From Camelus ferus (lineage: Eukaryota), in the NCBI RefSeq assembly GCF_009834535.1, contig NC_045696.1, forward strand, positions 70,806,001 to 70,870,000: DNA of 64,000 bases, read 5' to 3'. A model generated the notes under the pieces. The model was given only the letters and a program-made list of their open reading frames with translations, was not told where the DNA came from and did not search any database. This document shows positions 36,201-49,400 of this stretch, piece after piece (the stretch's first letter is position 1; each line of letters begins with the position of its first letter). Made by a program: the position numbers and the translations under genes.

Positions 36201-38189
36201 GAATGAAGGGAAAACGTCCAGACTGAGGTCAAGGTGCCTCTCTCTGCACCAGTCATCTTTTGTCCTATTTTGTCTTCCTTCTGCTACTTAGCACTAGTTG
36301 AGATGATATTATTTAGTCATTGGTTTACATGTGCATTGTCTGTCTTCTCTTCTGAAATGTTAGCTGCCTAAGAGCAGAGCTTGGTTTATATACTCCTGAA
36401 TACTGCATGTAAGGCCCAGTGCCCTGCATGAAGTAGTCTCTCAGTAACAATTTACTAAATGAATAACTACAGCAAACATGCGGTCTTTGTGCTGCCACTT
36501 CCTCCTCCCAAGCCTGTGGCAGACATAGCTCATCCATTATGGACTCTTCCCTCAACGTCAAGCTGCAGGCAGACAGCCCTTGTCAATCTCTCAGTTGGCA
36601 CCTGAAGTTACACCTACCTGCCATCCCTGGAGTAGACAAAGATCCCCTGCTGGCTACCATGTGACCTGGCAGGAGTCTTTTAAAGCTCCTTGGGCTTCAG
36701 TTTCCTCATCTGATGTCTCATCCAAGAGGTAGGGGAGTCGTTTCACACCTTCATGGGCAGGGCCTCCTGTTGAGAACCAGCGTCATGTGCAGACATGGCA
36801 GATCCCCCCCAGAAAGGGAGCTCAGTTGAGCCACCATGACTCCAGCACTTTTCTGTCTCTGCTTCCTCTGTTTTCTCAGTAGCCCCAGAATGCAGGCCTA
36901 GAAAGGACCTTTGACACCTGGCCCAGCAAAACCCTCATTTTCAGATGAGGAAACTGAGCTCAGAAGAGGAAAGTTAGTGGAGCCAGAAATCCAACAAAGA
37001 CTAGTTGTCCACACCCAGTGCTTTGGCAACCACCATCCCTCTCCCCGGATCTCCGCCAGGCCAGGCACTCGCTGTACCTCTTCTTTGCGATCAGAGCTGG
37101 GACTGCAGCTTCCTTATTCTCGGGCAGGTTCCCAAGCCCCAGGAGGCAGGCGGCCTGGCTTCCTTCCAGGCCCTGGGCAGTTGGCTCGAGAAGGATGCTC
37201 TGTGGATTCCTGGCTCCTTCCCCCACTTCTGAGCCGCCCATTCAAGTAGGTGAGAAAGGTGCAGGCCTCTTCCTCCCCAGTTGATTTCTGAAACTGGAAA
37301 TTGCCTCGGGGTGATTGGGCCTGGGTGAGGCTTTCAGCTGTTCCAAAGCCAATTAATGCCCTGTTGGCAGCTCCTGGCCTTCATCTTCTACCCATCCAAC
37401 TCGGATCATCCCCTCCACTCTCCTGAAGCTGTTTTGCAGCCGGCACCCTCTCTAACAAGAGCTCAGTTCTGGCTTCCCTTGAGGGAGGGTGGGGGAGGAA
37501 ATGGATGAATATTGACTAAACCTCTCTGTGAGCTTAAGTGGAGGTGCTTTAAACATCTCCTAGAGAGGGGGACACCTTAGTTGCCTTTGAGCCTGCCTGT
37601 GTAGAGCTCTTGTTTGCAAACTGTCTTTTGTGGAGAAGCTGCATTTCCTTTTCTAGCAGCTATTTGGGGAAACACTAATGTCTACAGGAACAGAGAGCCA
37701 GCTCCCAGCTCAGGAGGATGGCAAGGACCCAGAGGGACCCAAAAGTGCTAATTAAGGACCAATACCCACAGACATATGGGGAAAGTAACAAAATGGAAAA
37801 GACTGGGGCTTTCATGTTTAATTAGGAAGGAAGAAATATCAGGAACTAAGGGACATTTTTAGAGAAACAGACTTTAACTTGCTATTTATCATTTCAGCCA
37901 GTTTATTGAACAGTCACCTGTGGGGGAACAAGTGTCAGACAATAGATCAGCCCCTTGTCCTCAGGGAGGTCACAGTCAGAGGAGGAGGGTGAGTGTCAAG
38001 GACTCACAGGACAAGCGCAGGACGGCATGGGGTCCAGGCATAGACAGGCACCCAGCCCGCCAGACAAGGACTGCTCTGTGACAGGTTCTCGGAAGGCTTC
38101 CCAAGGAGGCAGACATGGAGCAGAGACAGGACTAAGGCCTGGTGAATAAGAGGAGTTGGCCAGGAGAGGATGAAACGGGGAGAATGCTG

Positions 38190-38355
38190 AGCAGTAGGGC
38201 TTCTCAGCCCGAGACCCACTGGAATCACCCGGGCAGTTTTTAAAAATGAAGGCTGCCTACCCCCAGGGATTCTGGCCAGAGGCAGAGCCTGGCACTGATG
38301 TGTTTTAAAAGCTCCCAGGTGGGTCTAATTTTGGGGGCAGGAAGGGAGGACCACC
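38190..38355. mobile_element. MER5B-like fragment
   Basis: ggaatcacccgggcagtttttaaaaat...gttttaaaagctcccaggtg. Confidence 0.5.
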
Positions 38356-38609
38356 AGATCATGTGCTGGGGAGTGGGGACAGTCCAGGAGTCACTGGTGG
38401 GGTCAGCAGTGGCCATGCTGCAGAGGTGTTTTCTCCTCCCTGGTTGCCAAAGCTACCACCCTGGGGTCAGACCTAACAGCTCTTTCCTTCCAGGAATGCC
38501 TTTCTTCAGCTAGGTCTGGGTCCCTGCTGCTGCGCTCAGAATCCCCTCCTCCTGCAGCACCACCTACCCCCAGCTGAAGGGAGGAACAGCACATCAAGAA
38601 AGAGGAAAG

Positions 38610-38830
38610 GGCTTTAGAGTCGGTCAGACCTGGGTTAGAAACCTAACCCCACCTCTCATTAGCTTTGTGACCTGAGCAAGTTGCTTCATCTCTCTGAGTC
38701 TCCATTTCTGTATTTCTAAAATAACACCACCAATTTCATAGGGAGGTTGGGAGCATTAAATGAGAGAAATATGTAAAAGCCTGAATGGAGTACCTAGCAC
38801 ACCGTAGGTCACCAGTAAATGGCAGCACCA
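38610..38830 (+). mobile_element. MIR SINE
   Basis: cagacctgggtt...tagctttgtgacctgagcaagttgctt..tctctgagtctc..tttc. Confidence 0.7.
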
Positions 38831-41800
38831 TTTACCAGTATTAGTCAATGCTGGTTATTATTATTACTAATGCTGGGTGCTCTGCTGAATTAGTTTCTTT
38901 GAACAACAATTATAGAATAACGAGAAGACGTGACACCCAGCTTGTGGAGTTGCTGTGAATATGGCATGCAGGCATTGAGAGATTTTATTAGATCTGGAGG
39001 CTACTCATGGGCAGAGAAAACGCTGACTACCTAACAGGCCCTTCAGACCTTTGGACTCCCGCTTTGTTGGTTGTAGAGGTTTACACCGCTACTTGCAGCA
39101 GACTGACCGGGGCCTTCCAAAATGCATCAGGATGGAGCCCAGAATTGTAATTGCAATGTCACCATCATCTGGCATGTGTGTGGACTATGCACATCAGAGC
39201 ACAGCTCAGTGTTTGCATATTCAAAAGCTCTAGGATGGATCCTCCGAGGGACAGATCTTCATAAATGGCCATGACTGGAGGGCAGGAGCCAGCTCTGGTC
39301 TGGGCTCTTTGAGTCTTTGAGCCGCTGGGGCACCCCCTCAGCCTCACAGCCTGGTTGAGGGCCTTACCAGGGGCTACTTACTGGCCTGAATGAGGAGCCC
39401 TTCATACCAGGGGCCTGGGACTCATGTTGGAAAGACAGGAGGGGAGAAGAGTCCAGCCCCTAAGAGATAAGGCTGTCCTACAGATTCGGGGACACAGGTG
39501 AAGGAAGCAGAAGAAGAGCCACAGGAATCTGGGTGAGTTTGAATACACTGTGACCCTATCTGTGCCTTGGAAACTGAGCAAGTAAGTCAGCATTCCTGGA
39601 AAAAGGGTGGGTGGGGTGGGGGTTTCCCCACCTCCGACAGTATGAGCGAGATGGGTATGATTCCTGCCTCCACCGAAGCTCCGGTCTAGCAAGGGAAATG
39701 GTAATCGGCCTGATTAAGTTATTACGTCGTAGTAAGTGCTGTGATGTTATAAAGCTGGCTCCAGAGGCCAGACCAGGCTGTGCTCAGGAAGTGTGTGGAT
39801 GCTGAAATGTTAAGACTGACTTCCTGGCCGAGTAAGACAAGGTGGGGGGTGGGGGGCAGGAAAAAACGGCACTGATATGCAGAAATAAATGAGATCCCTT
39901 CCCTGAGGTTTTCTCACGAAATTTTTTCAGAACCGGAAAGTATTCTGAATGACCCCTAAATGCCATGATCCCCAGGCTTGGTTTCCCGCTACTGCGGCCT
40001 TTGTGAGTCTGATACTACACAGGGCCCTCGGGGGATGCCGGCTACGGCCTCAGCTCTTTCCCGGGCTCCAAACCCCATCTCTCCACTGGCTCCTGGACAT
40101 CTCCCTGTGGGTGTCCTTCAGGCACCCCAAATCCAACATGTCCAAAATTATGCTCATCCTCCCTTCCACTCCTGCCCCACCACCTCCTCCTCTGGGCTCT
40201 GCTCCTCAGTGAGGGACAGTCCCATCCACCGGGGGCCCGCACCAGAGACCCCAGCGTCTGCACAGACTCCTCCGCTTCCTACGTCCCATTTGTTATCAAC
40301 CGTGACAGGTTTCAGCTACTTACCATTTCTTTTCCTGCGCTCTCGTCATTCATGTCCTCCTATCCATCGTAGCTCTGCCTTGATATAAATTAGTCCTTCC
40401 TCTCCTGCCTTTTTGATTGTACTTACCTTCTAACTGATCTCCAAACTCTTAACAACTATGTTACCCTGTTAAACTACTGTTTGCCACTAAGTGAGTTACC
40501 CCCGCAGTCACTGATCCCTAGTATGATTAGAGTGGAAGCTCTGCAATCAAGCTGGTTGGGTTTAAGTCCTATCACTCACCATCAGCGTGACCTTGAGCAA
40601 GTCATATAACCTCTCTGAGCCTCCATTTCCTCACCTGAAAAATGGAGATAATAACATCACATAGGTGATTCCCAGCTGCTGTTTTTGTCTGTCTCCAACA
40701 AGCTTCCCTGTTTCTCACCCGTCCTTTGAGAGATCCACCCTTCCTCAATGCCACACGACAGGGTTGCCAGTCACAGAACCTGATCAACAGTCACAGGTGG
40801 GCACTGGCCCAGGTCAGGACCATCAGAGCCTTGTCCTGGGAACCGGCCTCTTGAGAGAAGTCACGGGGACCGAGGGTAGCTCGTGCAGGCCATGGAGCAG
40901 TGTCCTCTAGACAGAGTCCACATGCAGCCATGGCGAGCCCTGGTCCTGGCCCGGCCCAGCCCAAAGCCGGGCTGTTTCTGTTTTCCTTCAGTTCTGTGAT
41001 CCCCCTTTCTCTTCCTCTTCATCCTCCCTCCCTCCCTTCCTCCCCTCTTCCTCCCTCCCTCTCTCTTTGCTTAGGATAGGGCCTGTTTCTCACTCTAAAT
41101 CCTAACATCTACATCATAGCACTGACGCCAGGGTGAAATGAGGCCGCGCCCGTCAAGCGCAGTTTCAAGAACATTAGCTGTTGGGAAGTGGCCTCCATCC
41201 CAGCCACCTCAGAACCAAAGCCAGGGATGAGGCTCGGTGGAGACCATTCAGCAGATGTGGGCCCCCAGCCGACGGCGAGCCACGTGAGAGCAGGGCTTCC
41301 GATGCTTTGCTGACCGCTGACCACCACCAGCACCACCACCCCTGCCAGACAGTGTCTGACGTTTAGCAGGTCCTCAGTAAACATCTGCTTACTGTGGTCG
41401 GAAGTTGATCGTTTGCTGATATAGCCACTTGCTTTTCTTGCAGAGGGGATGGTCCTTGTCAAACTTGGTCAGGCCTAAGTTCCTCAGCTGTGGTCATTAA
41501 GAGATGCCAGAGTCATCCGTCCTGCAGGAGCTGCCCTGGTCTCCAGCTCCAAATCTCTCTTCGCAGGAATTCTTCAAGCTTCGATGCTATTGTTCTGGAT
41601 GTCCGTTATCCCCGTCTCTTCAGGACTGCCTCAATCCCCCTATTTTGGGGAACTGTTTCTCCCCCAGTGCAATCACCCTATCCTAGTGGGCCCTCCTGTA
41701 GGTGGACCCCACCCCATGTCCCCAGGAGTGATCAGGGGACTAGGGGAAGACCATGGAGCTGCCTTCCTTTCCCAGAGCTGAAATGCTGTGACTTAGGGCT

Positions 41801-43108
41801 TGCTGGTGACTATCCTCCCCAAATATGGAAACCATCTGTCTGGATAACAGAAAATGAGACAGCGAGGAAGTGCAAAAGACAAAAAGAAGCTTGACAATAT
41901 CATTTAAGTTCCTCCATCCAGTCTGTTTCTGGGATTAACCCCCCGGGTGAAGGATTGACTCATTTTTTCATTTAACAAACTTTTATTGAGTTCCTAGTCC
42001 ATAAAGAGGAATATGGAAATAAATGAGAGACTGTCACTGTCCTTGGAGGAATAACTGTGCTGTGACAGGTATGTGTATGTGTGTGAATACAAACACACAC
42101 TCATCCTGGATGACGGGGGAGGCACAACAGCAAGAAGGTACACTATTATCTGGGCTAAGGTGGGGTGGGGACAACTCAACAAAGACTTCATGGAGGAGTC
42201 TTAAAACGCCACTGGTTGGAGTCATCCCCAGTGTGTCTACTCTTTAAAGTAAGAGGCTAGGCTGCCAAGGCCGCTCAGTTGGAAATCCCACATGGACTTA
42301 TTTCTAAGGATAAGCCTTGGTCCTGTGAGCACACTGCTGAGCTGGAAGCCTTTACTTGGGAGGTGGCACAGCGCTGGAAGGGAACCTCTGAATGCTGGTG
42401 CTCTGAGCTGTCTCCCCCGACAGATCTCCCTTGTGTCCTGTCATTTCCTCCGGAAGTTTTAATGCTGGAAGGCCGCCCTGACCTACCTCTTCAGGTTGAT
42501 CAAGTGGCCCAATTATCCAACTAGGATCCCAGATTGTCCTGAACTGAATGGACGGGAGTGAGGGGGCTGTCTAGAAAAGAAAGCACCAGGGGGAGTCCAG
42601 CCATCCACAAGCTGTCAGCTGGAGCCGGCTGCTCACAAAAGATTTCTTTGTAACTCCAGGAGGTATTGTCACAAGAGGTTGGCCACAACTCGCGAAGCAC
42701 ATCCAGGAACTGTTTGCATAAAAGGGCTGGCAGGGAGCACTGTCTGGTGGCCTGGAACGGGTTCTGATCTTGAGGAGATTGGGAGGAGGAGCACCCGCCA
42801 GGCTGCCGGGCACGCAGGCTGTCCCACGGGCAGTGACCAAGAAGTAGGGCGAGGCCTCCGCAGTGAGCGCTTCAGACCTTCTCAGGGGAAGGGCTTCTGG
42901 GCTGTGGTCAGCTCCCTCTCTGAAAGCTTTTGAGGGCTCCTACCTCCATCTTAAACTTTGTTTTTGCAGCAACGGTGGCAGCTCTGCTCCCATAATTCAA
43001 AACATGTGGGCTTTCTGGCCCTCGATCACCTCCACAATGACCACAGCAGAGTACCAGAAATCTGAATATTTTGGATGGGAAATTGATCTGAATTGCTGCT
43101 TTTACAGC

Positions 43109-43242
43109 TAGGGTGACTGTATCATTTCTCTTTCAAACCTAAGCACTTTAGAGAGTCAAAGGAGGTGCTCCTAATAATTTTGCTGGGACAGCTGGCATAA
43201 ACTGGGATCACCCCAGGCAAACCCAGAAGTTGGGGCTCCCTA
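43109..43242. mobile_element. MER94-like hAT-Blackjack MITE
   Basis: 134 bp with TAGGGTGAC...CCCTA termini and internal cacttt-gagagt-aaagg-gg...aataat. Confidence 0.65.
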
Positions 43243-43619
43243 TTTATTCCCTTGAACAAAAGGTCGAAACAAAAGGATGGTGTCTTGAAGCAGATTGTCT
43301 GTGGAGATGGCCAACAGGCCTATCCAAATTCCCAGCACACTCCACTCCATGTCTCTCACTCCATGTTTCTTAGCAGGATGTTCTTTCTGAATTAATAATG
43401 GCACAGCTTGCCTTAGTGACCTCCATCCAGACTTTGCCGAGGACTTAGTAGCCAAGAACATAGTCAAGCTGCATTCCCTGTGTAACTACTCTTCTGTTGT
43501 CTTTATCACAGAGGGTTATTCAGCACAGAAGAGGAAGGTAGGCTTGTCCGTTGAAATCTGGCTCTACCAAGTGTGGGTGAGAGCACAGGGCAACAGAAAC
43601 TCTGGTCCACAACTGGCAC

Positions 43620-45260
43620 GTAGACTGCACAAGAAATTTGAAGAGCGCAATGTTCTGAGCCCAGTAATTCCACTCCGGGACGTACACCCCTGCGACACTC
43701 TCATGTGTGTGGGAGGATACCCACACAGAAATGTCTGTGGCAGCTTTGTCTTTAATAGTAGAAAACTAAGAGCAGCCCAAAGGTCCATCAACAGAATCAT
43801 AGCTTTTAAAAAATGATGATAAATACAATCTGATTGACAAATGCACAGAAGATCTGAATAGATATTTTTCCAAAGAAGACGTACAGATGGCCAACAGGTA
43901 CATGAAAATGTACAAAACATGGATGGACTTGAAGGGCATTATGCTAAGTGCAGTAAGTCACAGAGAAAGACAAATACTATGATCTCACTTATACGTAGGA
44001 TCTAAAAAAACCTGTACTTGTGCATACAGAAGGCTGATTGATGGTTGCCAGGGGTAGGAGTTGAGGGCGTACGTGAAATGGGTGAAGGTGGTCAAAAGGT
44101 ACAAGCTTCTAGTTATAAGTGCTGAGGATGTAATGTGTAGCATGATGACCACAGCTAACAGTACTAAATTGTATATTTGAAAGTTGCTAAAAGAGTAGAT
44201 GTTAAAAGTTTTCATCACAAGAAAAAAAACTATAATTATGTGTGGTGATGAATGCTAACTGGACTAACTGTGGTGATCTTTTCACAGTATGTACATATAT
44301 CAAATCATCACGTTGTCCACCTGAAACTAACACAGTGTTATATGTCAGTTATATCCCAATTTTTAAAAATACAAAAATAAAAAATTTAGTGATGATAAAA
44401 CATAAATTAGAGATATATGTATCAACATGGATAAATGTCAAGAACAATTTTGAGAGAAAAATGCCAACTGCCGGAGCATTTCTTCACTATGATGCTGTCT
44501 ATAAACGATTCTAAACATGCAATAGGATGCTAGATACTGTATGAGTTTTTGCATGTATGATAAAGGTATATAAAGATGCATGAACCAAGACATGGAAGCA
44601 GCCTAAATGTCCATCGACAGATGACTGGATAAAGAAGTTGTGGTATATTTATACACTGGAATACTACTCAGCCATAAAAAGAATAAAATAATGCCGTTTG
44701 CAGCAAAATAGATGGCCCTAGAAATCGTCATTCTAAGTGAAGTAAGCCAGAAAGAGAAAGAAAAATGCCATATGATATCACTCATATATGGAATCTAAAA
44801 AAAAAGGACACTATGAACTCATCTACAAAACAGAAACAGACTCACAGACATAGTAAACAATCTTATGGTTTCTGGGGGAAAGGGAGAGGGAAGGGATAAA
44901 TTTGGGAGTTTGAGATCTACAAATGTTAGCCACTATATATAAAAACAGATTTTAAAAAAGATTCTTCTGTATAGCACAGGGAACTATGTTCAATATCTTG
45001 TAATAACCTTTAATGAAAAAAATGTGAAAATGAATATATGTATATATATGCATGACTGGGACATTGTGCTGTACACCGGGCATTGACACATTGTAATTGA
45101 CTGTACTTCAATTTAAAAAAATGCATGAAAATGATAGACAAATTCAGGAGAGCGGTTGCAGGGGAGAGAGGCAAGGGGATCAGAGGAGAATGCAGAGGCT
45201 TCAACTGTGTCTGTAATTATTTCTTAAGCTGGATGGTGAGTAAGGAAGACCCATTCTGTG
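43620..45260 (+). mobile_element. Old L1 (L1ME-like) 3' end interrupted by two younger L1 3' fragments (43824-44389 and 44585-45120)
   Basis: L1 ORF2-end and 3'UTR motifs (aattccactc, ccatcaacag, catggat, agccagaaagagaaagaaaaat). Putative TSDs TGATGATAAA (43814-43823, 44390-44399) and ATGCATGAA (44576-44584, 45121-45129). Confidence 0.8.
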
Positions 45261-46599
45261 CTTTTGCCTGAGACAGGTCTGCATTCTAATTCCAGTTCAG
45301 AACTTAACTTCAAGTGCCTTAGACACACTACTTAACCTCTCAGTAATGCACCCATTTCTTTCTCTGTGATGGGGGTACCTGTGATACCCACCGCATAGGG
45401 TGGTGGTGAAAATCCTTCCACCATGTCTTGTAAGGATGTACCGTGTTCCCTACTTAAATGCGCCATCTTGGCTCCTTCTGCAGTAGGCCTGGTGGGCAGG
45501 TTCTCCAGAAATGGAAACTGTGCCCACCACTGTTCCCGGGGCCTGGGGTGCAGCTGGGCCTGTGAGATGTGGCCATTTGCAAAGACACCCTGCTCCAACC
45601 TGTGTTCTCTGGCCATGTCCATTGCTCAAGAGACCTCTCCTGGTCTCCCTCTTCCTCCCCTCCTATTCCTCGGCCCGATCATTCACAGGACTACAGAGGT
45701 AGATGCCACAGCCCCATGGCTGCCAAGTGGCAACATTGGGATTCTAATCCAAGTGTCTCAAAGATGAAACGCTTCCCAGCTACGCCGGGGTCCACAATCT
45801 TACTCACCCTAGAACTACCTGATCGTTAAAAACCACCCAAGCCTGGGCCCCACCCTTGGAATCTCCAGATACCATGACCACATGGCTTCCTGGATGATGC
45901 TGATGTCCAGCCAGGGTTGAGGTCTGACACACTTCAGTTCCTGTGTGTGCCCCCTGCCACTTACTCCCCCAAGTCCAAGCATCCTTAAGGTGCTGTGACT
46001 GCTGGCCAGCCTGGACGCCCCTGGTCTGTGAACTTCTCGACAGGAGAGTTTGCACCTGGCATCCTCACACCCCTAACACACAGCACTATCTCCAGCATAG
46101 TTTTGGAAGAGTGCTCAGAACTCTGCAAAAGGGAAGCACAGGGCGCCGAGAGGAGGAAGTTTCAGGGAGGCAGACATACTTGGCCTGCAACATCTGAAGT
46201 GTTGACAGACAGAAAGGGCTGCCCGTCGACTATGGTGCTCCTCACTGGAGGAAGTGTTCCTAAAGAGCTACTGCCCATGCTCAAATTCTATTCATCTCGC
46301 CACCACCAATAAAGTGGAAATTTCCTTTTCTACATGTCTTATTCCTGGAGATAGAGAATTCTGGTGCCAGTAGGCAGCCGGAGGTCCCCAATCCAGCCTT
46401 CAGCCCACTCTGTACAAAATCTTCTCAGCAGCAGCACTGCACTTTCCACAGCAAGACCTCACCCCTCCCTGGATAGACAACCCGAACAGCTTGAAGACTA
46501 GAAAATTCCTTCCTTCTCTGAGTCAAAGTTCAGGCTCTGCAACTCCCATCATTTGGACCTGGGTCCACCCTCTGGAGTAACATCTTTCCACACATTGGG

Positions 46600-46900
46600 T
46601 CTCGTAGGCCACAGGACAGAGTCTGGATTTTATTCAAGTGAAATGGGGGACAAATGAAGCATTCTTAAACAGAGGTGTGGCAACAGGATCTGATTTATGA
46701 TTTCAAAAGAACATTCTAATATTATGTGGAGTCTGGATTGTAGGGGAGGAAGAGCAGAACCCAGAGGGTGGGCTGGGAGGCTACTGGGATCATTCAAACT
46801 GGAGATGATGGTGGCTCAGGCAATGGTCTGGCAGTGAGGATGGATTTGGGATGTGTTTTGGATCCAGAACCAACAAGGCTCACTGATGGATTTTAAATAC
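46600..46900 (-). mobile_element. L2 fragment
   Basis: ggattttattc.agtg.aatgggg...gatctgatttatg.ttt.aaaaga...ggagatgatggtggct...ggatttgggatgtgttttgga. Confidence 0.6.
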
Positions 46901-48529
46901 GGGTGTGCAAGCATAAGCCATCAGGATTTTTATCTTTATGTGTCATCTTGTCTTAGGTACCCTTTTTAAATGAACAGAATCAGGGCATTTGTTGAGTCAT
47001 TTCTGTCTGAGAAGAAAAAGAGAAGAGAGAGGTGGGGAGAACGTGAGAGGTCCAGCTTTCCTATGCTACCCTGCCCGCAGGCTCTGAGCTGGTTGGCTGC
47101 CATCAACCCCCTCCCCAGTCTGAGCCCAGCCTTGCCCCCATAGAGCCTCAGCTCCTACTGAGCCTCTCTCTCTGCAAGGCACAGGAATGACCAACAGCCA
47201 TGGTGGCCAAGCCTGGCTGGATTCCCAGGGACAACAGACTTCTGAGCTTTACAGCTGAAGGACTAGGGTAACCACAAGCCTTAAGAAGTTCAGAGAGAAT
47301 CCACTAGAGGGCACTGCAGCACTGCCCAGAAAAGACCATCCCAGGACCGCTTCCTTTCTATTCAGCTAGCAAAGTACTACAGAATGAAACACTCATTTCC
47401 CCAAATCCGGGCTCCATGCTGAGATACAATGATCAGGGCACAGGTGTTGTCTGCAGTCAAGTTGGGGGAGCAGGGAGGTGCTCAGAGCCCTCAGAGATGG
47501 ATGAAGTTGTGGCACCCAGGGAGGGTCACTCTGTGGCTTTTTTCTGCTTCTGCGGACTTAACTACAGGACACACACATACATACAAAACATAAACTGCAC
47601 ACATACACACAAACAACACAACCACATAAACCACATGCACGTACACCCTGCAGTCCTGGGATTTAAGAGCCCATGAGAGGTGGCTGTGGGCAGACTCCGG
47701 GCTGCAGGGTAGGCTGGAGACTCGGAGGAGAACGTGAAGCCAAGCAGAGGCGAGTTTACAACTTGAGAACAACCCCGCAGCCCCCAGACAATCCACACAT
47801 CATTAGAGTCACTGTAAACGAGCCTGTTAAAATGCACACATGTCAACCACATGTGACCCAAAGGTTACATGAACTCATCGACACCCACTAACACGTTAGC
47901 ACAGACTCACTGAGCCCTGGGGTTGGGTGGGTCTTTTGGCAGAGGGTCATGGGGAGAAGGACGGTAGCAAGCCTTTAAGGAGTGCTGACTGTGCGGATAC
48001 TGTTTCGGGGCTTGTGTGCTCTTCTGTCTCTCTTAATGCTCAAAGCGCTGCGGTGCCGTGGGCTCTGACATTATCACCAGTTTACAGAAGGGGACATCGA
48101 GGCTCAGAGAAGTGAGGCGGCTTGCCCGGGATCACAGAGCTATGTGGGTAGAGGAGCTGTGATTCTAATTCTGCCCGAAAGGAACCCACAGCTAGTTGGG
48201 AGATGTATGCATAAAAAGATCCAAAGCAACACACTGTGGACAAGCAAAGAGCAACTTCATTTTCTTTCTCTGCTTCTCACTCTCTTTCTAAGAGCTTAAC
48301 ATGATAGCCTGCAGAGCCTCACCTGAGAAGGAAGGGGAAGCCCCCTCTCAGGCGCCTCCACTCTAGTGTCTGCAAGTGGCCCTGTGTTACCCAACACACA
48401 AGCAGCTCCGTCACTTGAGCCACATGACCCAGCTGACATTTTGGCACTGAAGGTTTCGGTGGTGGGAAAAGGTGCCTTGAGGGGTTGGTGGCAAGCTCCC
48501 ATGGGAGACTCACAGTGAGAACCCTGCGT

Positions 48530-49400
48530 TTTCCAGCAAGGTCATGCCCTCTGCAGCAGAGAGCTATGCATCAGCCTGTGCAACAAAACACACTTCCACG
48601 GGGCACCAAGTGACCAAGCAGCCAGAGCTGTCCACTGAGAGCTGGGTCTTTTCAGACCTCCCAAGTTATAAGGTCCGGCGTGCCCAGTATCGGTCTACTG
48701 TAAGGTGGAGATGGTACAGCCAGGACTGAGCATGGGCAGGACCTGAAGGCACAGGCAAGCTGCACGGCCCCACCACTGTTGTCCCAGAGCGCCCCCCTCA
48801 GCTCGTGCCCATGGCTAGAGGGATTACTGTCCAGCCAGCCAAAAGAGGAAGAAAAAACCCAGGCCTGGGTTACAGATAGAGCAGCTTCCTATGTATGTGC
48901 AAACTGAAAATGACAGTACCTACAGCCTCCTCATGGCCTTGAAAAAACAGGGAGGAAACCCTCTAGCAAATAGGCAGAGTTTCAGATGGTACATCTCATC
49001 ATCCCCTTTGTGTGAAGAGATGGGTCGTGAAGTTAAAATACGTAAAATACATAGGCAGTGGCTGACTGGTCAGGGGCCTGGAAGGAAAAAGGTTGGATGA
49101 GGAGGACCAGGAGGACCAGGCAGAGGATGTGAGTAGACATATGGGAGTGGGTCCAAGTGTGAAGATCTCCGGATCACATGTTAACACCCACCAGAGAGCA
49201 TCTACTATAGAAGAGGCACAGAACAACCGAGTAGATGAAATGATTCAGTCATTGGATGTCAGCCAGCCTCTGTCATTGGACACCCCAGTGGCAGCATGAT
49301 GGGCACAGTGGCCACAGCACAGATATGGAGGTTACACTTGGTCCCAAGGGCTGGATTCCCCTTACCAAGCCGCATCCAGGTACATCTAGGTACTGCCTCC
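48530..49400 (+). mobile_element. Degenerate ERVL-class internal pol remnant (RNase H region)
   Basis: Translation VKISGSHVNTHQRASTIEEAQNNRVDEMIQSLDVSQPLS resembles ERVL pol (VKIFVSHVNAHQ...EE..NNQVD.MT..VD.SQPLS); upstream GHQVT.QPEL...WV.SD.PS.KV.RAQ..S.VRW.WY; many frameshifts. Confidence 0.75.
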
